Part shown: piece after piece, positions 48,701 through 61,866 of the stretch
Numbering within the stretch: position 1 is the stretch's first letter
Layout: each line of letters opens with the position of its first letter
DNA from: Raillietiella orientalis
Taxonomy: Eukaryota
Assembly: GCA_036172245.1 (NCBI GenBank)
Contig: JAYWIR010000047.1
Span: 682,001 to 746,000, forward strand
DNA length: 64,000 nucleotides
Direction: 5' to 3'
Position numbers and translations under genes: made by a program
Notes under the pieces: model-generated
Told to the model about the DNA's origin: nothing
What the model saw: only the letters and a program-made list of their open reading frames with translations
Databases searched by the model: none

Positions 48701-51700
48701 CACCCGGGGAGTGGCTCGCTCCTGCAACAGAGGGGGCGAGGAGAAGGAACATGCAGGGAGGGAGCAGAGGAGCCGGAGACAGAGGTCGAGGCAAGCCGCC
48801 ACGGAGAGCCCCGAGGGCAACGAGTCCGTCCGCTCCAAAGGTCCATGAGTCCGAAGGTCCACGAGTTCGAGGGCAGCATGGACCGGACCTGACGGAGGCC
48901 GAACCGGTAGCTCTCCGGAGCCGAGATCGTCCCCGTGAGCGCGCGCGACCTCCAGGCGGGGCCGCCTGCGGGTCGCAGGTGCCGCGTCGCGCTCAGGAGC
49001 GGACGCTGACGCCGTGTTCCTTCCGGGCCCCCCGCCGAAAGCGGTCGGCTGCCGGAAGCGAACCAGCTCGGGGGACTCGGCTGCCGAGATCCCGGAAATC
49101 CTCCCCCCCCCCCTTCCGCATCATCCACTGCACGCTGAGGCCCGAAGTTTCCCCCGCTTCCTACCCGGCAGCTCGCCCCGCCTCCTGCGAGTTCCTCGGT
49201 TGCGTCGAGTCCCCGCTCTTTCTTCTCGCGAGAAGTGGCCCTCGAGGGACGCCTGGAAACGAAGGGCGGTTGCGGCACCTCTGGGCCTGCGATGGATGCT
49301 GAGATCACACGTGTCCCCAGGGCCTGTCCAGCTTCTGTGTTCCTCTTCCTTCCTCCTCCTCCTCCTCCTCCTGCGTCGGCAGGGGAGAGGAGGAGGCAAG
49401 GGCCAAGGAAAAAATCCTCAGCGTCACTCGAGAACTCCCGGGGCTAGCTCTCTCAGACTCGGCAAAAGTGGTCGGGAGGAGAGAGGAGCGTTCCTCGGCA
49501 TCCTTGCAAACGCAACGAGCAGGCTCTCCGGCTTTCGCCCGAACGCGTCGGGATGGTCTGGCACCAAGGTCACCGCAGGGTCGCTGCCGCCGCCTCCCAC
49601 GCCGGAGGCAGAACACCAGCAGCAGCATCGTGAATGAAGCGCGACAATCTTCTTACCTCCTCCTCCTCCTTCAGGCGGGAAGCCGGGGGCACCGATCGGA
49701 ACAGTGATCATCGCCACGGCAGTGTCGAAACGGTGTTGCCCCTCCCCCCTCCTCCCCAAAGGAGGAGGCTGCCCGCCATCGCCGGCTGAAGTCAGCCAGT
49801 ACGCGACGGAGCGCGCTCTTCTCCCGGTGATGCAGACATGCCTGGATTTTTTTTTTTCTTTCTTTTTCTCCTTGAGTGCGTGCCATCTGACGTCTGGATG
49901 CTGAAAAACTCCACGCTACCTCGTAGTCCCCCAAGATGGCTCGCCGCGCTGATTCCCCCCCCCCCCCCTCTCTCTCTCGAGCGGGCGGGACGACATGCAG
50001 GCAGACGTCGTCATCGTCGCCGCCTGCCGTTTCCACGGGTTTGCACACGCTGCGTTTCGCCGACTTTTGACCCGTTGCGTTCACTTCTTCCCCTCTTAGC
50101 CCCGGGACTTCCTTCGGGCTGCGCTTGTTTTGGTCGGTGAGAGTGAAACCGGCGGTGGCGGCGGCAGATCGCTCGGCTTGCGCGAGGGACGCTCAGCTGG
50201 AAGGAAGGACGCGCCCGCGTAGCGTGCGCGCGAGGACGGACTGTTAGGGAACAGCCGCAGCCCCCGCTGTTGCTCGCGGGGAGATGAGGGTGAAGAGAGG
50301 GGGATGTGAAGGAAGGGGAAACGCGAGTCAGGAGCGGCGCTTCCGGTTTCTCGAGACAGAAGAGGCGATTGCTGTTAGACACAAAGGCAACCCGCATAAA
50401 GCAAGGCGGTGTGCTCACCGAAAGGGAAAGTGCGAGAAGCGGTCGCTGCCGCCGAGTAGAAGCAGCAACCGCAGCAGTTTCCGCAGAAGTGGGCACACAA
50501 GGGGGAGGGGAAGGAAAGAGGGAGAGCAGCGTCCGCTCCCGAAACGTCGAGAGAATAACGAAAACGGCCCAGGAAACAGTCACGACCTCGACGGAAGGGA
50601 AAGAGCGCGCGCGTGGCCGAGACGTCCCCGCAGGACTCCAATCCAGGGAGCATTCCTTTCCGGGTCGCCCTCGCCCCTTTCTCTTCCTCCTTCCTCCCCT
50701 CTCTCTCCCTCCCTTCGCGAACGAGGCGCCGCCTTGGCGGCGGGGTGGAGATCCCGATTCTGCTTTCCCCTTCGCGTTGAATGCGCAAGCGGACGCGGGA
50801 AGCGGTAGCCCCCGGCGGCGACCTTGACCCTAAGTCAGCGGAACCTGCGCGGCGGAAGGGAGGGAGGGAGAGAGGGAAGGGTACCGACGCTGCGCAAGCA
50901 CAAGCGGAGATCTGCGTCGTGGAGTGCTAAAGTTGACGATCGCCCCGAAAGAGGGCGCGATTCCTCTCTGAACGCGCAGTCTTCCGGAAGAGATGCCTTC
51001 CCCGCGCCGGCACCAGCCCCACCAACCTGCCGCCGCCGCCGCCGCCACGGCCGCCCGTATGCAGCACGCTCCTGAGCGTCAGCAATCTCCCTCTCCCTTC
51101 CTTCCCCACCGTCCACGGGTGGACCCGCTCATCCAGCAAGAAGGCAGCTAGCTCCCCCTCGTTCGATCGAAGGGGCGACGAGTAGCTCCCAGCACCAGGA
51201 GGCCGGTCGAAGCGGGGCAGTGCCGTGTGGACGATGCAACACCTCTTTCGGAGGACCACATCCTGCAAGATGGCGCACGCAGCAGTGCCAGAAAGATTAG
51301 GAGGAAAATCGTTTATGGAGTCGCCTCTTCCTTTTGAAGGTATGCGTGGAGAAATGCCGTCTTTCCCGGCCATCTGCTGAGTTCAGGAAACGTGGCGGTA
51401 GGACCTGGAAGATATGGCATCGGTGCGCACGCGGAGAAAGTGAACCCGGACATCCGAAGATGCGCATTCAGGAAGTCCTCAGCTGAAAAGGTGACCTCCC
51501 CCCCCCTCCCTCTAGGGCAATCGGTGAGCCCCAACGACCTATTCGACTCCCCTGTACCATCTCCTCCCCTCGCGGCGAGAGCGGCCGCCGCAGGCTCTCG
51601 AGCGTGGACAAGGGGTGCGGATGAGGGGCAACTGACGTCCGCGACGCGACACCTCGCCGATTGGAAAGTGCGCGTCCGGAGCGAGAAGGAAGAGAAGAAA

Positions 51701-52725
51701 AAGAGGGATGGGAACGAGACACAAAGATGGCCTAAGAACGAGAATGGACAATCTGAGAGCGTAAAGAGGGAAGAAGACAGGAGAACCGAAGGGGACCGGA
51801 GAAGGGCAAAACGGGTTTGGAGCGATCTCGTCGTAAAGGGGACCTCCGACGGTCAACTCACGGAGAGTTCCCGACGGGGGGCCAACGCTGTCTCCAGAGG
51901 GCACGCAGCACTGCCGCCACAATCTTAATCGCAGCTTGCAGAGGCGATGGACGGATGGATGCTTTGGGTTATGCAAGCAGAACGTGCCACCCTGCAGCCC
52001 AGACGACACCTTACTTTCGTTCCCCAGAACAGCGAGGGAAGAATAGGCGACAGAGGCAGCGCCAAAACCTCTTCGCGCGAGGACACCGTCGTACGTTCGC
52101 TCAGACTCAGAGAGCGTGGCAAGTACGCGGATTACAGCGGTGCCACGGCCGACTCTCGACTCAGAGGCGGGTCAGATCACCTCCCTCATCAAGAATGAGG
52201 TGCAGCAAGCCGCGCCTTCGGAAAACACATTTGGCAAAAATTGCCACTCGACTGGTAGCCACCTGCTTGAGCGTGGAAGATGGCGAGCCAAGGACGGCAC
52301 ACGTGAGCCCCAAAGAAGGGATTGGCGCCGCCGTGCAGAAGTCGATCGGCTATGCTGGGAGAGAGGACGGATGATATGAGGCACGAAGGAGGGGGGGGGG
52401 CAAGGGGAAAGAACGTGCACGGGCACGCGCCGAGGGCCTCTTCTCTCTTGACCCGGGAATCGCCAGTCAAACTGCCTCCGCCAACTCCTTTTGTGCCCCT
52501 TCCCTCCCCCTTCCCCACCGTTCAAGGAGAGAAGGGAACCCAAGCTGAGACGAGGAGAAAGTCTCCCCAGAACGGAACGGACGAGAGGCTCTTCTGCTTG
52601 CCTCCGACTCCACGAGAGCGGCGACAAGGCTGAGGGGGAAGAAAGGATAGGGAGGAGGAGGGCGAGGCAACAGGGCAGGGACGACCGCGAACAAAACGAA
52701 GAGGACCGTAGGTAAAAAATACCAA

Positions 52726-52731
52726 TTTATT
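52726..52731 (-). other. Candidate polyadenylation signal of E74
   Basis: AATAAA on the minus strand about 280 nt after the E74 stop codon, followed by a T-rich tract. Confidence 0.5.
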
Positions 52732-52790
52732 GGAATTCGTCAGGAAGCGATGGGTCTCCTCCTATTTTAAGGATGGGAGAACACCAGCAC

Positions 52791-52823
<33 letters not shown>

Positions 52824-53008
52824 TTTTCTATTTTGCTTTCTCTTCCTATGTACATGAGCACCTAATACGAACCCGGAACGGGGCTCGGAATGTTGAAGGC
52901 AGGCACGGCAGCAGTTGCACGCCGGCCGGCGCGGGCACATGGCACCGCGTCACGGATTATTCAACTGGGAGGGGGTCGGGGGGAGGGAGATGAGGAAGGG
53001 GGGGGGGG

Positions 53009-54903
53009 TCAGACTCCGGAACAGTCGATCTCCACGATGTCACGTGGCACGTCCACAAACTGATAAACCAGACGCTGGCCGTCGACTTTTGCGAGTATCC
53101 CCCGCTGGTAATAATACCTGTGAATGAGATAACATCGCCGCTGTTACCACCGCTATCGTCATAGGATATTATCATAACCATCACCATCATCAGTTGCTAG
53201 TGCAGTTGAGGAAGAAAAGGAAAAAAAGGAAGTGCAAGGGAAGGGAGCGGAAGTCGCCAGGCACGCACATACACGCCCTCTCACGCTTCCTTACCGAAGT
53301 GCTCGGCCCATGGTTTCATAGTTCATATCGGGTTTGTTTTTGTGCTGACCCCACAGCCGGGACACAGCCTTCGAGTCCACCAGTTTGAAGACTCCTTTAC
53401 CTCGATCCGTCCACTTAATATATTGCGGACAGTACTGTTGGTCCTGCAGTAGTTTCAGTAAGAACTCCCAAAGGTATGTCGTGTTCCCTGGAAGGGGAAG
53501 AAAAAAATAAAATAAAGAGAGAGAGCGAGAGAGAGAGAGGGCGGTCTGGCGACCTAAAAGAGGGTGTAACTTACCCTCGCGATTTTTTCTCTTCCCTTGA
53601 TTTCCGTCGGGGTTTTTCAGCTTGCGGGTTTTCTTGTTATTGGATCCGTAAAGGATGGCCGCGGACGGAGCTTCCGCGAAGGGCAGGTGTTCATCCGCTG
53701 CAGGAAGCATGGCCGCGGTGGACCCATTCGTGCCGAGCGAAGAGTACGAATCGAAGGATCGGCCGTTATCCCCGTTGGGGTAGGACCCTGCAGGCTGGTT
53801 CTCGGACTGACATTCGAAGGGCGTCGATTCGACTGCAAGGACAAAAGCCGGGAAGTGCAAAGTGCAGAGAACGGAAACCCCGGAACGGCGCGCGCGCCCC
53901 TTCTCAGGGGAAAAATAAAATAAAGTGAGGGAGGGGGAGGTAAAAAAAAAAAAAAAACCTCATCCCATCTCGAGCGGTCAAGTTTATCGTTTCGGTCAGA
54001 GATGCAGTTATGGCTGGAGACGCGAAGAGAGTTCCCTGTGGCTACTAATTGTTCCTTTGTTTTCTGAGGATCCGAAGATGATGTTTACGGAAAGGGAAAC
54101 GCAGCTCCATCCGTGGTCGCCCCGAAACCCGGGGGCTGTTTTTCGGAAAAGCATTTTGCTTCTTCCCGGTCACAACAATCCGCCGAATCCGAAAAACGCG
54201 GCGGTCCTACACATACATATGCATCTTTTCTCTCTCTCTCTCTCTCAACGGAGCTGATGGACTTTCTGCCGTGGCAATCCCAACGCAAAGGGGCGGCAGC
54301 ACGTGAACAAGATGAAGGCGAGAAGGGCACGAAGCACTGCGGCACCCGGATGAAATCGCAGAGCAGGAAGTGCCTGCTTCGCGATTTCGTGAACTTTCGG
54401 ATGGCTCGGAGCTCGAGAGAGAGCCAAGGCGTCAGCTGAGAGGCGTTTCCAAAAGGACTGTCTCTCCTCCTCCTCCCCCCCCCACCCTCTCGTCTCAACG
54501 CATCTTCACACGGACGCGCGCGCACGAAACAAAAGAAGGGGAAGGAAAGGAAAGGAAGGGAAAGAAAAAAAAAAAAACAAAACAGCGAAAGCGACACTCG
54601 CGGCAGAAAAGGACAGGAAGTGCTCTGCTGGTGTCTGCAGAAGGATGTGGCGGCGGTGGCTAAGGCTGCGAGCACAAAACAAAGACAAAACAGGTTTGAG
54701 GGACACTCGCACAGCACTTCGCTTGAGAGTGGATCGCACAAGAGAGGGTGGAAACCCTGGAGGTGAGACGATTCGACTGTACGCCTTTACAGCGATGGAG
54801 GACGAAACTCGTTGCATCCATCGCTGACAGGAAGCGGAAGATCTTCTCGGAAACCACTCACTAACAGAGGCAAATGGAATACATCAAATACGTCCATCTT
54901 TAC

Positions 54904-54989
<86 letters not shown>

Positions 54990-56709
54990 ATACATATGTG
55001 CACCTCTGATTAGGAAGGCGCGGGTGGAACACGTGGGGAAATGAAGCTACATTGTTGAATGCGAATCCCATTGTTGTGTGCCGGCTTCGCTACTGCGGTC
55101 TAACCGTCACCATGGCGAGCACGGTCTGGCAACTTCTAAATTTACTCCGCCCGCACGAACACACCGCTTGGTTCACATGGCCACCATTGTTGCCAAGACG
55201 GCAGCCTGGCGAACTGAAACCGTCAACGGAGTGCTGCTTTTGCCCACCCGGCGGTGAGCACGAAGCGCAGACGGAAGATTTCAATGTTTTCGGGTACCGC
55301 GGGCAACAGGGAACGACGAGCGCAATGGAGAATAGAAGAAGTACCAAGGAAAATCTTCTCGAACGTTTCCAAGCAAGCGTTGCTTCGAAACCAACACGAG
55401 CAAAGTACTTTTGGCGCGCAGTTTGTAGTACTTTGTATGAAGAACGGGTACGTACGACCAACACTACGATGATTCTTACGTAGATCTGAACAGACTTCAT
55501 CTACTACAATGGTGTGCCCTAATCAGCCCTAATTAAGGCGATCGAAATTCGAGGTTCTCCGGAAGGCACGCAGTCGCAAGACGGTGGTGCAACCATAAAT
55601 TGTGGGCAACCGTGGAAGCGATCACCGTCGTCCAGAGCCATTCGTACGCGAACGATTCATAATTCGATTGAACCAAGTTCGGTAAACCTGGTGAAGGATG
55701 CATACGGAAGCTCAAGAATATAGGATCATGGACCGATAAACCCAATACAGGAAGTTTACTTTTCCCGAAAAGGGAGCAGTAGGTCAGACAGAATCGTATC
55801 TTATTTCGCTTCGTGTAGAGCGGATTCTTTCTGCTCAACCAAATTTTCCACCTGCGGCCAGCTCTGGGACCCCTGAGAGATCGTTACGCGGCACACGCCC
55901 GCCACTTCTCACATGGGAGACGTACGAACAGACCTCCCATGGGAGCGGAAGATACAAATTCTGTGTTCCTGGAAAAGCTCTCGCCACGATGCTGGGTTTC
56001 TGAATGTGAGCGCATTTCCATCCCACGTACTCGTAACACAAATAACCCCAGGAGTGCACGATGCCGAACCTTCATCCTCAGGAACACACAGAGAGAGGAA
56101 AAGTTCGGGAGAAAAAGGACAAAAACGTAAACAGTAGATGTTTTCACAAAGAGTTCTTCGTACGAGGAGATGTCTCCTCGAAGTGAATCGAAGGGAATCG
56201 AGCAAGGAAGCATCAATGGTTCACTTTTGCGAAACCCGCTGCACTTGCTGTTTGTTGATGAAGAACAAAGGAGAGAGACCTTGGGATCCGAAACGCTTCG
56301 GGCCAATCCCTGTGAGACATCCAACCTGTCTCCGATGGAAAAGAACCGCGCGAAGAAAAATCCCCTTCTCGTTATCAGACGGGAAGGGAGGGGGAGGGGA
56401 GAAAATAAAATGTGTTGGAAAACACACTCACATACAACACACGCACGAGGTGTGCGCGCGCGCGCGCAGCGTCTCGCACAACGGCGGCGGCGTTTCTCAC
56501 GCCGCCGCTGTCTCGGATGCCGAGACCGACGAAGTTCCGAGAAAGGAAGCAGTCGGGAAGTTTTCGGTGTGATTGGACGGAATGGGCACCCGCAGTCATC
56601 CCAGCCGACGCATGCGCGCGGAGCGGACGGACTTTTCGCTTTTTTTTTTTTTTTTTTAAATTGTCTTGGGGTCAGATTTTCAGTTAGCTAGCCTAACTGA
56701 AAATCTCTG

Positions 56710-56743
<34 letters not shown>

Positions 56744-57592
56744 TCTCCCTCCCTCCCTCCCTCCCTTCCCCCTCCTCCACCTCCTTCACTTGAGGCGCAA
56801 AGATTCTTTGCCGCTTCTCTTTCACCAGGAGCAGAAGCAGTGGCGGACCTTCTCGAACGAGAATGAAAATGCCCTTCGCGTCGATCTTGTGTGGGAGAGA
56901 GGGTGAAAGGGAGGGAAGAAAGGAGGGAGGGAGAAAGGGTTTATCTCCTCCGAGTCGCGAAGGCCGCCGCCGTCAGTTTCAGCGGGAAAATCGAGAAGGA
57001 AAAGAAATCGGGGATAGCGTGTGCTCCTCCGCAAGGAGCGTGCAACAACCCGAAAGGGGGGAGAAAGGAGAAAAAGGATCCCCCCTTTCCAGGCCAGGAA
57101 GGAAACACACAGAGTCCGTCTTGTGTACGTTCATCTTCCTTCGTGCTCGCGGCGAAAGAGAAAGCGCTGGTTACCTGCAGGGCGGTACGTGCTCCCGGGA
57201 TTTACGAGGCAGTACGATCCCAAGTACGGAGACAGTCGAGAACACGGTAGAGAGATTCCCGGACTGTCCTCCCTTCGGGAAGAGGCTGCAAAAAAAATAA
57301 ACACACTCGATTAGACGCGCTCACACGCGCAAGGAAGTGGAAGCTTAGGGTGCGCGGAGGCCGGTCGAGGTAGCAATGCGAGATGTTGCGAATCTGTGTA
57401 GGTCAGCACAAAAGAGGAGGAGGGAAAGGATGAAAACAAAAAGGAGTCCCCACGTCCCCGGAAACTCAGACGCGTCGTCGTTCTGGGAAAATGAGAGATG
57501 GAGGTATGGAGACCTGCAACATTTACATTGCTACAATCACCGGAACGGAAAGAGCACATAGGAACACCACAACAACAACAACAACAACCACC

Positions 57593-57644
<52 letters not shown>

Positions 57645-60600
57645 CCAAGCACACGTACGTACTCGGAGTGGGCCGGAGCCTGGACTTGTACTCGTCGCTG
57701 CCGCTGCTGTCGACATCCGACACCCCGCTGTCAGCTGGACTAGGAGGAAGTGACGCCGCGACTGGAAGCAAAGGAGAGAGACAGGGGGAGGAAGGAGAGA
57801 AAGAAAAAGACGGGGAGAAGGAGAGTGAGGAAACAAAAAAAAAAAAAAAAAAAAGAGGAAAAGACATTTCCACATTAGAATGGCAGTTCCGGGAATTTCC
57901 CGCTCGGAGCGAAACGCATGCGCCGTACGTGAGCGTGCGATCAAGAAACAGATTCCTCGTGTTGGTCCGGGGGCACTTCCCGTCATTTCCATGCATAGAA
58001 ACAACCTGTTGGCAGATGCAGCAGGAGTTGAGAGGGTCGAAGGAGGAAAGGAAGTGGAAAACGAGTTTAACGCGCAGAGGAATTCGGAAGGGGAGGAGGA
58101 GCAGGAGGAAAGATCACTTCGTGATAGGATAACTTCACAGCCAAGCACACATGGCTGACGGGAACAAAGCGAAAGGGGGGGATGCGGAAGCTCTCTTCCC
58201 CTCCGCCCCCTTCCCTGGGGAAAGCGAGAGCAGGAAGGGTGCACCGAAGCAAAGGTCCAGAAAGCACGAAGGAGAGGAGAGATGGCAGTGGATCCGGTGG
58301 AACGGCCCCTTTTCCCACAGACGCGTGCGAAGTCGGGGGGAAGGGGAAGGAGGGGGGGGGGAAGAGAGAGAGAGAGAATCCATACAGTGAGGCACCGCGC
58401 ATCGCCGATGCATCTCCAGCCACCGCGATCCCGAGATGAAGGCACGACGCGAGCAAGGAGTGGAAGGAGGGAGGAGACAGAAGGCTTATCTCCGGATCGC
58501 TTCGAGAGCGCTCACCCTTACCCTGATCTACTACCCTCCTGTCCACCCTAGCCCTCGCCTGTGGCCTAGTCGAATGCGCACGCGCCCTTCGCGGGCGAAC
58601 ACACGAGTTCCCCGTATCAAATGGTATAATGGGTGGTACCTGTTCCGACGGCAGTAGGTGGGACGCAGTAGGTGGAAGGACGGTGGCTGAGGGGACCTGT
58701 TAGGATTCCATGCAACAAAGTCCGAGACGGGTCCCCTGGCCTTGCCTCCAAGCGGTGGTGGTGATGGTGGTGAAGATGGTGATCCAAGTCGAGAGGGTTC
58801 GGTGGAGGAACCGTTACCCTCCTCTCATTGCTTCGGCAGTCGATCGTATTCACTGACAAGAAGGATGACGTCATTAGAATCGCTAGGAGAACAGGGCAGG
58901 GGTGGGCGCGGAGGAAGAGACCGTGCAAGCTGCCCCGCCGACTCGCGGCATGACGAAACGGATGCACGGAGGAAGGGGAAGCGCGCAGAGCAGAACAGAA
59001 AGGAGGCGTTCCGTCCCAGACTGCTCGTAGCTCGTCTTCGTCTCGTGGTGTCCCTCTGGAGACGACGTGCAATGATCTATGCCCACGGGAACGCACAGGG
59101 CTTTCCTACTTCCGTGAAAGCACGGGGGAGAGGCAGGCCCTGCTGGAAGGAAGCAAAGTCGACTGCTGTTCCTTCGTGACGCTGGCACGTGTATACCAGC
59201 ACTTCTTTTGTTTTTGTTGCATGCACGGAAAGCAGGTAACATGAAAAAAAGTTCCGTTTCCATGGCAACAAAGAGAGAGAGAGGGAGAGAGAGAGAAAGA
59301 GAGAAATGCACTGCTGCTGCTTTTCCCGGATGGGAAAGACACACTCAGGGAGGGAAAAACAAAAAAAACAAAAAAAAAAAAACACAAACTCGATGTCGAT
59401 GCCCGCCGACTGCCTCTTCGCTCGCACCTTTTCCCACCCCCAGAGCAGCATTTTGTGACCGGTGATTTTTTCTCTTCCCTCCCGGAAAACCAGGACCACA
59501 GCGGGGGGAGCAAACAAGAAAGCAGGGTGGAAGGGGAAGAGAGAAAACCGGAAACTTGCGCTCGAGATGAGATGAGCCTACGGCGAGCTGCCGCGTGATG
59601 CAACGTGAAGCTCTGCAAAGAAGCAGCGAAGCTCGCGACACGGAAAACGGACGGAAACGAAGGGTGCGACGGACGAGAATGGAGGAGTGGGAAGAGAGGG
59701 CTGTCGGACGGGAATGTGCACCCCCTTGGAGGAGGGGACGTGAGCACCTCCACCCGCCTCTGGAGGAAGAAGCACACGTGTGTCCCTTGAAAGTCTCCTC
59801 CCCCCCCCCCGTCTCTCACTCTTTGAAGCCTCCAAATTTCCGCCTTCCTCGACGTGCGCCCTCTCTCGAAGCTCCCTCCCCTCCCTCTCAAGTGATTTAG
59901 AAACCGGTCGGTCCGACGCACTGCCGTTACTGGACGTCGACCGGATCACCTTGAAGTCGGATCCGAAATAAAATGAAGGGTGAACCACCCTAAAGGCTCC
60001 CGAGGGCATCCGTCAAGGACGAATACTTCGAAGAGGAACCGGCGAGAGACCACGACGAGCCGCAAAACCGGCGATAGCCGGGATCACGTAAACAAAGGAC
60101 TAAGCACTTGCAGGAATACGGGAGGAAGGCTCGTGCGAGTGGAGAGCCAAGAAGAACAAAAGAAAATGCGGAAAGAGACGGATGCAACGCACGTGGTGGT
60201 CACGCAAGCCCGTTTCCCGGTTACCGCCCGGAAAGCGACGGAGCGAGGGACCGCCGTGCTCGTCTTCCCTCTTCCTGGAAAGAATGTCACCGAAGAGGAG
60301 TGCGCCGCAGTGCCGATCCGGACCCTCCCCCCTTCCCCCCCCCCAACTTTCGCGTTCTTGTCGAGATGGGAGAGCCCGGAACTGGTGGCACAGAGGTAAG
60401 GGTGCAGGGAGGAGGGACGGAGGATACTCCCCGAAATAAACGAGCGGTGGAGCAGCAGTGGCAGCGACGAAGACAACGATGGATGAACCGTTCCCAGTCT
60501 CCGTTCCTCCTGGAGACCCGCAACTAGGTCAAGAACGCACATTACTTTCCCTACGACGAGCGCGCTCGATTAGGACAGAGTTCGGCAAGGCGAATCGATC

Positions 60601-61345
60601 GCGGACTTTTTTCGTCTCCTCCTGTGTACAGGGGAGGAAAAAAAAAAAAAAAACCGCAGCACACACACACAGACACGGATTGGGCGAAGTGATGCAAAGT
60701 GGCGGCCATCGTGACCGATCCCTGGCTCCGCGGCGAAGATCCGGTGACGGCGGGAACCCCCCGACCAGCCCGCCGCAAGTGCAGACACTTTCGTTTCGGT
60801 ATATTGCCTACAGTCCACCCTTTTCCGTTTCTTTCCCGTCTGCCCTCCCCCCTTCCTTGCGTGGACGACACATTTGGAACGTCAAACACCGGAAATCGCG
60901 TCACGAAAAAGTCGGCCGGCAGGTGTACGTCACCGTTACATCCCGGACGCGCGCGCTCGGCAAAAACTTTTTCCTTTCCTCCCTTCCCCCCCTGCATCCC
61001 TCTCCGCACCTCCTGGAACGCCTGCGCTCCACGTTCCCCGTATTCCGATGCAAGCCACCCGGCCGGCCACCTCCTCGGGAGGAACGGCATACGGCAATTT
61101 TTTTTTTTTTTTCTTCCTTTCACGACCGGCTGCATGCCCTGACCCCTCCCGTCCCCCTTCCCCATTCCCCGCTACTTACTATAACGTTCCATTAGGTTCT
61201 TCTTGTAAGCCTTCTTAACCCGTGCGCACTTGTAATGTTTATAGTATTTATATTTATAATACTGGTCCTCTTCCGAATCGTCGGCGGAGGTACTTGGACT
61301 AGCTCTTTTTTTCGTGCTGAGATCAAGGGGAGAGGAGCTTTCCAT
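53009..61345 (-). CDS. Eip74EF: Ecdysone-induced ETS transcription factor E74, B-type isoform (ELF subfamily), about 345 aa
   Basis: Phase-consistent exons (total 1038 nt): 61345-61180, 58852-58640, 57761-57663, 53832-53575, 53487-53295, 53117-53009. ETS domain: [92 protein letters not shown]. Common-region motifs [10 protein letters not shown] and [15 protein letters not shown]. The first exon [20 protein letters not shown] matches my recollection of the Drosophila E74B-specific exon. Additional small exons between 57663 and 53832 cannot be excluded. Confidence 0.93.
54907..54988. repeat. Compound (CT)n(CTAT)n microsatellite in an E74 intron
   Basis: A CT run followed directly by about 13 CTAT units. 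Confidence 0.95.
57569..57644. repeat. Compound (ACA)n(ACC)n(ATC)n trinucleotide microsatellite
   Basis: Three abutting triplet runs starting about 18 nt inside the intron after the E74 donor at 57662. Confidence 0.95.
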
Positions 61346-61781
61346 TTTCGTAGACAACGACTGGAAACTTGCGTGCGAAGCGAGCCACTATTCACACGCG
61401 GCGAGCAAACTCATTGCACGGATCACCACCACGGAGCGGCCACCACTTATCGTGAGTTCCTCGCCTGCCCTACTGACTCACTACGGACCAGCTACCAAGT
61501 ACGCGCGTGCAGCGAGACTGAGGATCCGAGTGCTGGCAGGCCGACTTTTCCCACGTGCTCACCTCTCAAGCCTTTGTGATGATGATGGTGGTGGTGGTCA
61601 CCACCACCGCTCGCTCGGTGATAGACTGCCTCCCGGTGCCAGCACAATACACTCCGTTCCACAGGTGTGTTGATCCCTCGGATGCTCTTTCAGGCATCAT
61701 CAGCTTTTTGTTTCCTCTCCCACTTGGGTAGCAGCAGCAGCATTTTTAAGATCATTCCGTCCATCTTTCTTTGCTTTCTCC

Positions 61782-61866
61782 TTTTTTTTTTTTTTTTTTT
61801 TTTTCTCTCCTTTTCTTTTTTTTTTTTTTTTTCTTTTTCTTTTTTTTCTTTAAAAAAAAAAAAAAA
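61782..61866. repeat. Long interrupted poly(T) tract abutting poly(A)
   Basis: About 70 nt of nearly pure T followed by about 15 A, upstream of the E74B first exons. Confidence 0.9.

Noticed and set aside
48835..48868. 16-bp tandem duplication AAGGTCCAYGAGTYCG
   Set aside because: Two copies only with no spacers, so a trivial local duplication and not CRISPR-like.
10200..52700. Hundreds of 60-400 aa ORFs in the GC-rich blocks
   Set aside because: They overlap in all six frames, are rich in Arg/Pro/Gly/Ala and show no motifs. This is expected from stop-codon scarcity at high GC. Only segments with splice sites and family motifs were kept.
57311..58132. ORFs with poly-T/I, poly-Q/P/S, poly-M/V or poly-D/G/C tracts
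   Set aside because: They are translations of an intronic trinucleotide microsatellite.
59900..59965. E74 exon [10 protein letters not shown] resembling EIPIVKQSTS
   Set aside because: No AG acceptor in the required phase; the available AG leads to a stop.
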